Of a stretch of 64,000 nt of DNA, positions 46,908 through 56,853 are shown one piece after another. The DNA lies in contig CAZGDV010000002.1 in NCBI GenBank assembly GCA_964524995.1, positions 1,787 to 65,786 of the forward strand, written 5' to 3'. Under the pieces are notes generated by a model. That model did not search any database and had not been told where the DNA came from. It saw nothing but the letters and a program-made list of their open reading frames with translations. This DNA comes from an uncultured Dehalococcoidia bacterium (GTDB lineage Bacteria; Chloroflexota; Dehalococcoidia; SZUA-161). The position numbers and the translations under genes are program-made. Each line of letters starts with the position of its first letter. The first letter of the stretch is position 1.

Positions 46908-46929
46908 AAAGAGCCGGCGACAAGGAGGT

Positions 46930-47460
46930 ATGATGCTGGAACCTGAAGAACGACAGAGGTTGCGGTCGGGGCTGTCCACTATCCAGAAAACTTGGATTGC
47001 CTTCTTCCTCGCGCCGATTGTCTACGCGATCATCTCGCATATCGTGAGCAATGTCGCGTCGGAGATGGCGGCCTTCGAGGATCATTTAGGCATAATGGCA
47101 GGCGTGTTGGCCGCGATGTCGGTAATACATTTCTTCACAGTACGCCGCATGCGAAAGCGGATACTCGCAGAGCGCGAACATCAAGGCAGCCACCGGTCCA
47201 TCGCCACCCTGTTGCGAGCGGCTGAAGTCTATGACTCCAACTCGGCAGTCCGTCGGTACTTCGACGCCACGATAATATCGTCTGCACTATTCGAGGCAGT
47301 CGGCATCTACGGCTTCATCATCTACATCCTGAGCGGCAGCTTCGCCGCGCTGTATGGATTCATCATTCCCGCGATGATCGCCATGCTGATGGTCCGCCCG
47401 CGTTACGACGAGCTGGAGAGGCTGGCCATCGATATGCGGAACTCTACCCCAGAGACTTAA
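46930..47460 (+). CDS. Hypothetical 4-TM membrane protein
   Basis: 176 aa from ATG 46930 after AAGGAGG. No family recognised. Confidence 0.55.
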   Translation: MMLEPEERQRLRSGLSTIQKTWIAFFLAPIVYAIISHIVSNVASEMAAFEDHLGIMAGVLAAMSVIHFFTVRRMRKRILAEREHQGSHRSIATLLRAAEVYDSNSAVRRYFDATIISSALFEAVGIYGFIIYILSGSFAALYGFIIPAMIAMLMVRPRYDELERLAIDMRNSTPET

Positions 47461-47476
47461 CGAGGGGGATGATCGC

Positions 47477-48121
47477 CTACAGCCGGCCCATGTCGATGGT
47501 GCGCCGGTTCAGCCTGAGGTACAGTCTGTAGGTGATGAGCAGGGGAGGCCGGGACAGCCACCCGATAAGGCGCACGAAGTAGTTGGGGTGCATCTGCACC
47601 AGCTTCCGCCCATCCTCCTTCGCCCCCGCCACGGTCTTGATGCCGAGCACCTTGATCGAGCGATAGTCCGCCCATAGCTCGAAGAGCCAGGACAGGAAGC
47701 AAGCAAACACCACCAGCATAGGGGCGACGATGAGGGCTATGGGTATGGCGATAGCGTACTGGATGTCCGAGTTCGTAGCAGCGACTATCGGGAACACGGT
47801 CAAGGCTGCGGCCACCAGCCCGATCGATTCGGCGAGCAGCAACATGCTGAGTGGATAGAAGACGTAAGGGTATAGCTGCCGCCGATGCGACAGCTCATGA
47901 ACCAGAACGTACTTTAGAAGCCTGTCGCTGACGAACACCAGATCATGGATGATTATGGTGCCAACCCCCGTCGTCTGACTGAGGATAACCGGGTTGCCTG
48001 AGGAGAAGACGACGACCTCCTGCTTAGCGCCTTCCGGTGTCCGGACCACCGCCACCTCCTTGAAGTCAGCGTTGATCCACCTTATGTGCACCTTGGTAGC
48101 GGCCAGGCGCAATTGGTTCAT
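47477..48121 (-). CDS. Membrane-associated HExxH zinc metallopeptidase (M48/M56-like)
   Basis: 214 aa. VLVHELSHRR plus a downstream ELWADY motif; TM segments in between. Confidence 0.6.
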   Translation of the reverse strand: MNQLRLAATKVHIRWINADFKEVAVVRTPEGAKQEVVVFSSGNPVILSQTTGVGTIIIHDLVFVSDRLLKYVLVHELSHRRQLYPYVFYPLSMLLLAESIGLVAAALTVFPIVAATNSDIQYAIAIPIALIVAPMLVVFACFLSWLFELWADYRSIKVLGIKTVAGAKEDGRKLVQMHPNYFVRLIGWLSRPPLLITYRLYLRLNRRTIDMGRL

Positions 48122-48159
48122 TTCGGCGGGCCTTCCCCTCCAAAAAGGGAGATGGGACT

Positions 48160-48222
48160 CTCCTGCCGCTCCGACATCCGGCCATCCAGCTGTCTGGACG
48201 TGGAGCCAGCTGCCGGGGACGC
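48160..48222 (+). repeat. 8-bp-phased intergenic repeat cluster
   Basis: CCGACATC CGGCCATC CAGCTGTC TGGACGTG GAGCCAGC TGCC. Confidence 0.55.
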
Positions 48223-49248
48223 CTAGGGTACTCTGTCGAGCGGGCTTATGCTCCTGACGATCTCGGCGTGCCCGTTACCGCCGACCTCGTTTCCACCCAA
48301 CCACCCCGCAACGACGGTGTTGCCCTCCCAGAACTGGTAGGCGACCTCGGGCATGAGCTCGAACATTCTGATCTCCTGCTCCGGATACCGGGCCCTGATC
48401 TCTAGGTCAACACCCTGCGTTCGTTCCTTCACCTGCCAGACGATGCCATACTCCCTACCGGTCGCGGGAGACACCCAGGATTCCACGCTCTGCATCGCCA
48501 CATCGTGTGTATGATACATCGAGCAATCCGGGAACATGATCATCAGGTCGCGTGACTCGATCGAGTCGTCGGGGTTCACGATCTGCCAGACAAGCAACTC
48601 GGTATCGTTGTCGAGCTGTACGGAGAACCAGTCCCAACCCCTTCGCCCGAGGTTGGCCATCCACTGGTGGTCCATCCACCCGGCCCCTTCGACATCGATC
48701 TGCCTGCCGCCTATCTGAATCCACCCGCCGACCTCGAGCCTGGTCAGTGAGTAGTAATACGAAGTCCCCCCGCTCCACTGCACAAGGCCGTCGCCGCCGG
48801 CCAGCATGGGCGGCTTCTGCGACTCCATACTCAGATCGAGTCCTATGCCTTTCCCCTTCGCCTCCAGACGGTAGAGGGGCGTTTCCGAACCCGCCCGCCG
48901 CCAGCGGTCGCGGCCACCCCAGACGAGGTCCAGCGCCCCTTCGGCGAATCTTGGCGTCGAGCCAGCCACCTCGTGATGGAGCGTGCGCCCATCGATATCC
49001 GAGATGGCGATGATCTTGAGGCCGGGGCTGAAGTAGGCCACCATCGCGCCATACTCGCCTCCGTCCGATCCGGTCAAGGCGGTGTTGAGATACCACCACT
49101 CGATCAGAGCGTTCGGATGCGCTCCCTCGTCCTCGGGAAAGTGGATACGAGGCGGGCCGCTGCTCGGTTGTTTCCTGCGCGCCGTCAATTCGTGAGCGTT
49201 TCTCTGAGCAATGTGAGTTGCAGGCCAGCCGAAGCCAGCAAGCCACAC
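48223..49248 (-). CDS. CrtC/AttH-like lipocalin-domain protein (hydroxyneurosporene-synthase family)
   Basis: HFPEDEGAHPNALIEWWYLNTALTG motif. Start is uncertain (GTG 49248 chosen). The upstream 160 codons of the ORF overlap the SDR gene and are rejected. Confidence 0.7.
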   Translation of the reverse strand: MWLAGFGWPATHIAQRNAHELTARRKQPSSGPPRIHFPEDEGAHPNALIEWWYLNTALTGSDGGEYGAMVAYFSPGLKIIAISDIDGRTLHHEVAGSTPRFAEGALDLVWGGRDRWRRAGSETPLYRLEAKGKGIGLDLSMESQKPPMLAGGDGLVQWSGGTSYYYSLTRLEVGGWIQIGGRQIDVEGAGWMDHQWMANLGRRGWDWFSVQLDNDTELLVWQIVNPDDSIESRDLMIMFPDCSMYHTHDVAMQSVESWVSPATGREYGIVWQVKERTQGVDLEIRARYPEQEIRMFELMPEVAYQFWEGNTVVAGWLGGNEVGGNGHAEIVRSISPLDRVP

Positions 49249-49346
49249 TTTACGTAACAGGCATGGCGTTGTCAAGGAGGTGATTGGTATCTCGAAGTGC
49301 GCAGGTAGCTCAGGACTGTCCGACGAGGCAAGCCCCCACACGCACG

Positions 49347-50150
49347 TCAGCTCAACAGGAACCCACCGTCCACTATGACCACGCTTCCCGTCATGTAATC
49401 CACAGCGGGGCTGGCCAGAAAGAGCACCACCTTCGCCACATCGTCGGGTTCTCCGAGCCGGCCCAGCGGCAAGCGCGCCATGAACTTCTCGTAAATTTCC
49501 CTTAGAGACTTGCCACTGGCCTTGATCGCAGTCTGCTGGGCCGCGGCGCCTGCCGTCATGATGCCGCCGGGGGCAACAGCGTTCACGAGGATATTGTGTG
49601 GTGCTAGCTCCAAAGCCAATGCCTTCGTCAGCATTACGACCCCGGCCTTCGCCGTAACGTAGTGCGCGAGGTCTTCTCTGGGATGCAGGCCCTCCATGGA
49701 GGCGATGTTCACGATCCTGCCCCCCCACCCGGACTCGGTCATCTTCCTAGCAGCGGCCTGGGAGTAGAACATCACGCTCTTGAGGTTCACATTCAGCACC
49801 CTGTCCCACATTTCCTCGGTAACATCGAAGACAGGTGCATGCGGAAACACGCCGGCGTTGTTCACCAGGACGTCAAGCCTACCGAACGCCTCTGTGGCCG
49901 CCTGCATCACATTCGCAGCGTCCGCAACGCTTGCAGCGTTGGCGACTACGGCGCGGCCGCTACCGCCATTCTGCTTGATCTGTTCTACGGTACGATCGGC
50001 TGCCTCTGAGTCGATGTCAGTCACCACGACGCTCGCCCCAGCCTCGGCCAGACGGAATGCAATAGCCTGGCCTATACCTGCACCACCACCTGTCACGATT
50101 GCGCACTCATCAGTGAGGTCCAGGAGTTCGGCAACTCTCCTTCCCGACAT
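49347..50150 (-). CDS. SDR-family oxidoreductase (FabG-like)
   Basis: 267 aa. TGGGAGIGQAIA (TGxxxGxG), NNAG and YVTAKAG (YxxxK) motifs. Confidence 0.9.
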   Translation of the reverse strand: MSGRRVAELLDLTDECAIVTGGGAGIGQAIAFRLAEAGASVVVTDIDSEAADRTVEQIKQNGGSGRAVVANAASVADAANVMQAATEAFGRLDVLVNNAGVFPHAPVFDVTEEMWDRVLNVNLKSVMFYSQAAARKMTESGWGGRIVNIASMEGLHPREDLAHYVTAKAGVVMLTKALALELAPHNILVNAVAPGGIMTAGAAAQQTAIKASGKSLREIYEKFMARLPLGRLGEPDDVAKVVLFLASPAVDYMTGSVVIVDGGFLLS

Positions 50151-50402
50151 GGCACCTCCTACCGCAAACGGAGTCTATCGAAAGCGATAATGCCCGACAA
50201 TTCCACCCGAAAGCCGAGTAATCGTGTGCAGCGCGGCTCCGGATGCTACGGCTGTCCCAATCGAAGTCTCTCAACATAAGATAGCACCAATGTCAAACGC
50301 TATCCTCAAAGGGTGAACCCGTTGACCGACCCAAGCCTCCTCCAGAAGCGGAGGGCGTTCCATGTTATGATAGTGACCAACGCCATTACCCAAGTACTCG
50401 AT

Positions 50403-52019
50403 ATGACAGAAGAACCCGCAAACGTAGCACTACCCCCCCAGCCCCCGGGCGTACGCTCCCTCCCCCGACGCCAGATCGCCATCACTATGGCGGGCGTGAT
50501 GCTGGCGATGTTCCTCGCTTCGCTGGACCAAACGATTGTTGGGACGGCCCTGCCCCGCATTGTCGCGGACTTGGGCGGGTTCACGAAGTACACCTGGGTC
50601 GCCACGGCCTACATAATCGCCTCGACGATCGCCGTGCCGATTACGGGGAAGCTCACCGACATGTACGGGCGCAAGTGGTTCTACGTCGGGGGCCTCTGCA
50701 TCTTCACCGTGGGCTCGATCCTCTGCGGGATCAGCGACACCATGAACCAGATCATCGCCTTCCGGGGGCTGCAGGGTGTGGGTGCCGGCGTAATGATGGC
50801 CAACGCCTTCATCGTGGTGGGGGACCTCTTCCCCCCTTCGGAGCGCGGCAAGTACCAGGGTCTCGTCGCGGGCATCTTCGGCCTGTCGTCGGTGATCGGC
50901 CCAACGCTCGGGGGGTTCATTACCGACTCCCTGTCCTGGCATTGGGTCTTCTTCGTCAACATTCCACTGGGGCTGCTGATAATCGGTTTGTTCATCTTTT
51001 TCTTCCCCAACGTCCGGCCGCAGGGCGTGAAGCCAAAGATAGACTTCCTCGGCGTGGCCTTGATGGTACTCGCGGTGGTGCCCGCCATGCTGGCGCTCAC
51101 TCTGGGCGGCGTGGACTACCCATGGCTCTCCGCCCAGATAATCGGGATGTTCGCCTTCTCCGCTGTCATGGCCCTTCTGTTCGTTCTCGCGGAGCCACGC
51201 GCCGCCGAACCCATAATGCCGATGTGGATATTCAAGAACCCCATAGTCGCCGTCTCACTCCTGGTCATATTCATAACCGGATTCGGCATGTTCGGTGCCA
51301 TCATCTACATACCGCTCTTCTTCCAGGGCGTGCTCGGGATGTCGGCGACGGCAAGTGGCAGCTTTCTCACGCCTATGATGCTGGGGCTCGTAGCCGGAAG
51401 CGTCATCTCCGGCCAGATACTGTCGCGCGCCGGAGGTCACTACCGCCTCCAGGGCGTTTTCGGCCTGGCCATGATGGCCGCGGGCATGGGCCTGATGTCG
51501 ACCATGACCGCGGAGACGAGCTACGCGACGGCGGTTGCCTACATCGTGCTGCTGGGGTTCGGCCTGGGTTGCACGATGCCGTTGTACGTCATAGCTGTAC
51601 AGAATGCCGTCCCGTACAAGGTCATGGGGATCGCCACTTCCTCAACCGCCTTCTTCCGCCAGATAGGCGGCGCTTTGGGGCTGGCCATTCTCGGGTCGAT
51701 CGTGACCAACAGATTCCAGTCCGACTTCCTGTCGGGCCTGTCCCAGGCCGCAAAGGAGGCCACGCCGCCGCAGCTCCTGGACGAACTGGCGCAGAACCCT
51801 CAGGCGCTGATGAACGTTGAAGCTCAGGACAACCTGCGGGCCTTCTTCGAGCAGTTCGGTCAACAGGGGGCCGCGCTGTTCGAACACATCATGGAGACCC
51901 TGAAGATAGCGCTCAGCTCAGCGATAGCCCAAGCGTTCCTGATCGGATTGTTCGTAGTGATCGCCGCATGGGTGGTCAACTGGTTCATCAAGGAGATACC
52001 TCTCCGCACGCAGCACTGA
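50403..52019 (+). CDS. MFS transporter, DHA2 (EmrB/QacA-like, 14-TM) family, paralog A
   Basis: LDQTIVGTALPRI, GKLTDMYGRK and RGLQGVGAG motifs. ATG 50403 is preferred. Confidence 0.88.
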   Translation: MTEEPANVALPPQPPGVRSLPRRQIAITMAGVMLAMFLASLDQTIVGTALPRIVADLGGFTKYTWVATAYIIASTIAVPITGKLTDMYGRKWFYVGGLCIFTVGSILCGISDTMNQIIAFRGLQGVGAGVMMANAFIVVGDLFPPSERGKYQGLVAGIFGLSSVIGPTLGGFITDSLSWHWVFFVNIPLGLLIIGLFIFFFPNVRPQGVKPKIDFLGVALMVLAVVPAMLALTLGGVDYPWLSAQIIGMFAFSAVMALLFVLAEPRAAEPIMPMWIFKNPIVAVSLLVIFITGFGMFGAIIYIPLFFQGVLGMSATASGSFLTPMMLGLVAGSVISGQILSRAGGHYRLQGVFGLAMMAAGMGLMSTMTAETSYATAVAYIVLLGFGLGCTMPLYVIAVQNAVPYKVMGIATSSTAFFRQIGGALGLAILGSIVTNRFQSDFLSGLSQAAKEATPPQLLDELAQNPQALMNVEAQDNLRAFFEQFGQQGAALFEHIMETLKIALSSAIAQAFLIGLFVVIAAWVVNWFIKEIPLRTQH

Positions 52020-52074
52020 CGAATGTCTGGCTGTCCAGGCGTCTCGCCATTCGACCGCTCAGCTGTCGAACCCT
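52018..52074 (+). repeat. 8-bp-phased intergenic repeat cluster (strong copy)
   Basis: ACGAATGT CTGGCTGT CCAGGCGT CTCGCCAT TCGACCGC TCAGCTGT, in the convergent spacer. It overlaps both stop codons. Confidence 0.7.
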
Positions 52075-52748
52075 ACTTTGGCCGTGCCCGCGCTGCACTT
52101 GTCGATGCTCCAGATCAGCCCCGGCATCAGGTGGTAGGGAACCGTGACATACAGCTCGTCTACGCCATAGCCCCGTGCCCTTCGATCCGTGTAGTCCATC
52201 AGGCTGACGTTCAGCTCGCCGGTCATCACCGGGTAGGCAATCACCATATGGCAGGTGGAGCCCGCCATCTCGACCTTCGGAGGGATGCCGCTGGGGTACA
52301 TCGCCAGCCACAACAGGCGGCACGCCTGCTCCGGGTTGCACAGGAACACGACGAGGTCGGGCGCCCACTCCGACTTCTCAAGAGGGGAGAGTATGACGTT
52401 CTCGGCGAGGCCTTCGGGAGCCGCCGTCGTCAAATGGAAGGTGCGCCCCGCCGTGGCCAGCGTACAGAACAGCTTCTCGCCGTCGACCAGGAACCGCTTC
52501 AACCCTTCCATGAGTTTCCCGCTGGGCCGGGGCCCCAGCCCGAGATGCCAGACACCGCCGGGGCAGGAGCACGACTCCCTGGTGAGGTTGATCACCTTGC
52601 CGGAGCGAGCCTCGATAAGTGCTCTGCACACCGGGCGTTTCCCCTCGTCTGCACCTTCGACCGGGGTCATCGAGTAGGTGACGGCGATCGGGCTGCCCTC
52701 CAACTCGAGCAATTCCTTCAACGTCTCCGAGTACTCCTTCCAGATCAT
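52059..52748 (-). CDS. DUF169-domain protein
   Basis: 229 aa. The SPIAVTYS...PVCRAL...SCPGGVWHLGLG pattern is as I recall for DUF169/COG2043. Confidence 0.7.
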   Translation of the reverse strand: MIWKEYSETLKELLELEGSPIAVTYSMTPVEGADEGKRPVCRALIEARSGKVINLTRESCSCPGGVWHLGLGPRPSGKLMEGLKRFLVDGEKLFCTLATAGRTFHLTTAAPEGLAENVILSPLEKSEWAPDLVVFLCNPEQACRLLWLAMYPSGIPPKVEMAGSTCHMVIAYPVMTGELNVSLMDYTDRRARGYGVDELYVTVPYHLMPGLIWSIDKCSAGTAKVGFDS

Positions 52749-52791
52749 GGCGAGTCCTCCTTGGTTGTGCTGATCATATCAACATCGGGCG

Positions 52792-53451
52792 CTATGGCTG
52801 AATCAAGAACACCTCACGCCCCGTGAGGAACCTCTCCAATAACGCCTTGGAGAGCAACGGACGTTTCTGCTGTTTCGAGAACACTGTAGTCTGGCTGCGG
52901 TACTCCGCCATGGCTTGCCTCTTCAGCGAGAGCACCTCCCTGATGTCCACTATCAGCTCATCCTGTTCTGCATCGCCCTCTCGGGCGTCACCGCCCCATA
53001 CCACGTATGTGTATCTGGCGGGATGCTGGACGAGGCCACATAGAGCCTTCTCAATGACGTCGTGGGCAGCCGCGTGAGTCCGGTGCGACTCGGTCGAGTC
53101 CGGGTAGTAGACCTCGTCCGGGGTCATGTCCCGCAGCAGCCGTCCGACCCTCTCCACCACGACCGCGTTGTCCGATCTCAGCTCCGCGCTGCCGATGTCC
53201 AGGAAGAGCAGATTCTCGCTGGGCACCCCCAGTATGCCGGTGGCCCGTATCGCCTCTTTCTTCCTGATCCTCGCGAGTTCGCCGGGCGTCGGGTCCGAGG
53301 CTATGCCCAGCGCATGCAAGTGCGAGTTCCTGCCATCGGTCATGAAAACGATGTTGACCTCTTCGCCGCGTCGTGCCTTCAGCGCGATCGTGCCGCCGCA
53401 CGCCAGTGTCTCGTCGTCAGGGTGAGGGGCAAAGACCACGGCTATCGTCAC
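52792..53451 (-). CDS. PIG-L/LmbE-family deacetylase
   Basis: VVFAPHPDDETLACGG motif. GTG 53451 follows GAGG. The longer ORF start overlaps the antiporter gene and is rejected. Confidence 0.82.
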   Translation of the reverse strand: MTIAVVFAPHPDDETLACGGTIALKARRGEEVNIVFMTDGRNSHLHALGIASDPTPGELARIRKKEAIRATGILGVPSENLLFLDIGSAELRSDNAVVVERVGRLLRDMTPDEVYYPDSTESHRTHAAAHDVIEKALCGLVQHPARYTYVVWGGDAREGDAEQDELIVDIREVLSLKRQAMAEYRSQTTVFSKQQKRPLLSKALLERFLTGREVFLIQP

Positions 53452-53458
53452 GAAGACC

Positions 53459-55384
53459 TCAGTCCTTCCGATCCCCCTCTGAGTCGCCCTTGTCGCTGTC
53501 GCCCGGCGATTCGCCCTCCGGGTCACGGCCTCGTGCCCGCATGGGGTGCCAAAGCCCCAACCTTCGCGCGAGCGCCGTCAGCCCGCCCTGCGCCGTCTTC
53601 GATAGGCCATCCGTCCCTGAGGATACCTCCCGGCCCAGCAGTACACGACTGAACGTTCTCTCCATCTCGAGGTGAATCTCTCTGATAGACCTGACCATGA
53701 GATACAGGACGACAGCTGCAACCAGAACCGGCACGATCATGGCATAGGACCCCACAGAGAACAGGCGTACGAACAGCGGCACAAACCACATAGCCACGAA
53801 GACCGTCAGCACGATCAGCACACTGTCCCTGAGCACCACGCGAAGGGCATCCCGGCTCCACCACTTCGCCGACTTGCGTTTCCTGATCACGTACAGGACA
53901 GCCTCGTCAGCCAGCGACTGAAGGCTGCGCCACATCACGACAAAAGATGGTACGCAAAGGACCAGCACCGCTATGCTGAAGAACAGCGCCAGGATGTCCG
54001 TGCGCGCAGTGAACGGCAGATCGATGTCCTCAATGAACTTGAGTGAGAAGGTACCGACGCCTATGATGACCATCACGATGACGAGGTTCAGGACTATCAT
54101 TCGAGCGGAGTGTTTGACCCGACGGGCTACCGGGCTGTCATAGGCGAAGACTGCCCGCAGGGCTTGAAGCCAGTCGCCCACTCGCAACGTGTACTCCCTG
54201 AGGATCGAGGGCGACCTGCGTTCCAGCAGGCTGGCTGTCCAATCGGTGGAGCGCGAGATATACGGGGAAGCAAGAGATGTGAGTGCCGTCACAAGTGCAA
54301 TGACAGGATACAAGGGTGCCGTGACCACACCGCGGTCCAGACCCAGCTTGGCGATCGCCAACGAGAATTCACCCATCTGCGGCATCCCCATCCCGACCTC
54401 GAGGGCGGTCCTCCCATCATGACCCGAGACGAAAGTAGCGGTTGTGTTGCCCAGCATCTTGCCCACCATGAAAGCCAAGGCTACTATGACGGCCGGGACA
54501 ATGAAACTCCCTATCTGCGTGATATCGATCAGCATGCCTATGGCCACGAAGAATATGGCCGCGAACATATCGCGTATGGGCACAACCAGGTTCTCCACTT
54601 CCTCGGAATGCTCGGTATCCCCGATAAGGGCGCCCATGAGGAATGCACCTGCAGCTACGGACAGCCCGAGGTACTTGCCGATCAGAGCCATGGCAAAGCA
54701 GAGAGCCAGAGCGGTAATCAGCAACGCCTCCTTGGACCCGAACTGGTGTGTGAACCTGACGACCCTCGGCACCACTATAGCGCCCAGCACGAGAGACGCA
54801 GCCACGAATACTACCAGCTTCAGAATCACAGACCCCACATCACCGACGCCTGCGGTATCTGAGCCTGCCACCCCCGAAAGCACAGTGATGATTATGACCG
54901 CAGCGAAGTCCTCGACCACCAGGATGCCGACTATGATTCTCGAAGACAGGCGCTCGAGCTTGCCGGAGTCCCTCAGTATCTTGACGATAATCGCCGAGCT
55001 GCTGATGTGAAGCGCTGCGCCCAGGAATATGGAGTCCATCGTTGGCCAGCCGAGCAGCCGCCCCAACCAGTACCCCAGATACACCATCGTAGCTATCTCG
55101 ATGACGCCGATGAGCAGGACTGCCACTCCCACCTGTCGTATCTTGCTCCAGCTGAACTCCAGTCCAAGGCCGAAGAGAAGCAGGACCAGCCCGAGATCGG
55201 CAAGGAGGCTTATTGTGTGAAGGTCCGTAACCGGGGGCGAGGGCAGAACGTAGGGGCCGATGAGAAGCCCGGCGAGCAGGTAGCCGAGTACCGGAGGCTG
55301 TCGTAGCTTTCGAAAAAGCAGTGTGATGACGCCCGCCGTGACCATGATGACGGCGATATCTTTAATCAGGGTGACTTCTTCCAT
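53459..55384 (-). CDS. Cation:proton antiporter (CPA2/Kef-type) with extra C-terminal membrane region
   Basis: 641 aa. N-terminal Na+/H+ exchanger-type 12-13 TM core (GYLLAGLLIGP). The acidic tail is Asp/Ser-rich. Confidence 0.85.
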   Translation of the reverse strand: MEEVTLIKDIAVIMVTAGVITLLFRKLRQPPVLGYLLAGLLIGPYVLPSPPVTDLHTISLLADLGLVLLLFGLGLEFSWSKIRQVGVAVLLIGVIEIATMVYLGYWLGRLLGWPTMDSIFLGAALHISSSAIIVKILRDSGKLERLSSRIIVGILVVEDFAAVIIITVLSGVAGSDTAGVGDVGSVILKLVVFVAASLVLGAIVVPRVVRFTHQFGSKEALLITALALCFAMALIGKYLGLSVAAGAFLMGALIGDTEHSEEVENLVVPIRDMFAAIFFVAIGMLIDITQIGSFIVPAVIVALAFMVGKMLGNTTATFVSGHDGRTALEVGMGMPQMGEFSLAIAKLGLDRGVVTAPLYPVIALVTALTSLASPYISRSTDWTASLLERRSPSILREYTLRVGDWLQALRAVFAYDSPVARRVKHSARMIVLNLVIVMVIIGVGTFSLKFIEDIDLPFTARTDILALFFSIAVLVLCVPSFVVMWRSLQSLADEAVLYVIRKRKSAKWWSRDALRVVLRDSVLIVLTVFVAMWFVPLFVRLFSVGSYAMIVPVLVAAVVLYLMVRSIREIHLEMERTFSRVLLGREVSSGTDGLSKTAQGGLTALARRLGLWHPMRARGRDPEGESPGDSDKGDSEGDRKD

Positions 55385-55459
55385 CCGCTACCGTCCAAGC
55401 CAGTCACGACTACCCACCCCGGCATTCCGATCTCACCATGTTCCCAATCCAGGACGCTA

Positions 55460-56410
55460 TCAACTCGACGTCGCAGGGGTTAGCTTGAAACCACCGATGC
55501 CTTGTGCCGTGAGGATGTGCTCAGCCTCGCTGATGATGCAGTCGATAAGCTCCCCCGCTGCTGGAATCCTGTCGATGAGTCCGATAGACAGCGATATGGT
55601 AGACAGCCCGCACTCCTCAGGTATCGCCGCGCGCTCCGCCTTCCCCGCCGCCCGCACGATAGCCTCCGTGCTGTCCGCCTCCACCATCGCCCGCAGCTCC
55701 TGCACCGTTGGGGTTGACAATATCGGGTCGCGCCAGGCCGGGTCGTAGGGATCAGCATCCACGAGGACCTGCTTGCGCCTTTCGGCGAGGGGACATTCCT
55801 TGACCGCGCAGAATGCCGAGCCGAGCTGGACGGCCTCAGCACCGAGCGCCAGCATTGCCAGGAAGGTCCTGGCATCGCCGATCCCCCCGGCGGCGATCAC
55901 GGGAACGCTCACCTGCCGTACCGCCATCGCCACGCTAACCAGCGTGGTGAGCATGGCCGGGGACTTCAGCCCCGCCCCTTCCAGCCCCATGATGCAGACA
56001 GCATCGGCCCCGTCCCGCTCGGCCGCAACCGCGTGTCTGACCGTATGCACCTTGTGAATCCAGGTCAGTCCCTCCGCTTTGACCTTGGTCCCGTGATGGC
56101 CGGCTCTGTAGCCAGCGGTCTCGATGACCGGTATTCCTTCCTCGATAGCCACGTCCCGCATCGCATCGAGAGAGGGGTCATGAGCCGGGCTCAGATTCAC
56201 AGCGAGAGGCCTGTCGGTCAGGGCCCTGGCCTTGCGTATCTCCTGGCGGAGCTTGTCCCCACTGCCCAACGTGAGGGCGGTGATCGTACCGAGTCCTCCG
56301 GCCTCGGAGACCGCGGCCGCCAGCTCCGCCCTCCCTATGACCGCTAGCGCACCCTGCATAATTGGATAGCGCGTGCCGACCATCTCCGTGAATCTCGTTC
56401 TCCATTCCAT
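55460..56410 (-). CDS. Nitronate monooxygenase / FabK-like FMN oxidoreductase
   Basis: 316 aa. YPIMQGALAV...AAVSEAGGLGTI and VIAAGGIGD motifs. Confidence 0.85.
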   Translation of the reverse strand: MEWRTRFTEMVGTRYPIMQGALAVIGRAELAAAVSEAGGLGTITALTLGSGDKLRQEIRKARALTDRPLAVNLSPAHDPSLDAMRDVAIEEGIPVIETAGYRAGHHGTKVKAEGLTWIHKVHTVRHAVAAERDGADAVCIMGLEGAGLKSPAMLTTLVSVAMAVRQVSVPVIAAGGIGDARTFLAMLALGAEAVQLGSAFCAVKECPLAERRKQVLVDADPYDPAWRDPILSTPTVQELRAMVEADSTEAIVRAAGKAERAAIPEECGLSTISLSIGLIDRIPAAGELIDCIISEAEHILTAQGIGGFKLTPATSS

Positions 56411-56464
56411 GCCTTCACCTCATGCGCCGTACAATGTCCCGACTGGTCCACAGCCATTGCCACG

Positions 56465-56473
56465 AGTATACCA
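56465..56473 (-). promoter_or_regulatory. Extended -10 TGGTATACT upstream of the nitronate monooxygenase gene
   Basis: The reverse complement reads TGGTATACT, about 55 nt upstream of ATG 56410. Confidence 0.4.
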
Positions 56474-56514
56474 GAGCCGCAGGCAGATTACTTACCTCAC
56501 GTTGGGAGAGTAGT

Positions 56515-56537
56515 AGGGGTCAGGTGACCTGACCCCT
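56515..56537. promoter_or_regulatory. 23-bp perfect palindrome
   Basis: AGGGGTCAGGT-G-ACCTGACCCCT. Candidate operator or bidirectional hairpin. Confidence 0.4.
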
Positions 56538-56584
56538 AACGAGCCATGTCGGGGGCTTCGCGCCAGCTACCCCGAGTCCACATC

Positions 56585-56615
56585 GCGGGTGGGCACCACC
56601 CAACGCCCGATGGCA
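56585..56615 (+). repeat. Direct repeat copy 1 (GCGGGTGGGCACCACCCAACGCCCGATGGCA)
   Basis: Near-identical to 56820-56853, about 235 bp downstream. Confidence 0.6.
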
Positions 56616-56819
56616 GAGTCCCTGCAATCACGCACCGGACAAGGCGAACGTTGTTCTTTCCCACCCTCCCTCCCACATACGTCTTCGGGGGCTCCGCCCC
56701 CGAGGCCCCCGACCCCACATCCGGCAACCACCCACAACTCCGCGAGTTCACACGCCAACGCATGCATATCTTGGGGGTAGAAGGGGGGAAGCGAGGGCTC
56801 GGGTGCGCAGCGCCTGTGG

Positions 56820-56853
56820 GCGGGTGGGTGGGCACCACCAACGCCCGATGGCA
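56820..56853 (+). repeat. Direct repeat copy 2 (GCGGGTGGGTGGGCACCACCAACGCCCGATGGCA)
   Basis: Differs from copy 1 by a TGGG insertion and a 1-nt C deletion. Lies 26 nt upstream of the candidate MFS promoter. Confidence 0.6.

Noticed and set aside
49262-49505. Strong AAGGAGGTGA sequence followed by TTG 49284 (73-aa + strand ORF).
   Set aside because: The SD-to-start spacing is only about 2 nt, and the ORF is antisense to the SDR/CrtC-like junction with a non-protein-like composition.
49249-49728. The N-terminal 160 codons of the 501-aa ORF 48223-49728.
   Set aside because: They overlap the well-supported SDR gene (49347-50150) in another frame and are Arg/Gly-rich. The recognisable CrtC/AttH homology starts near residue 190.
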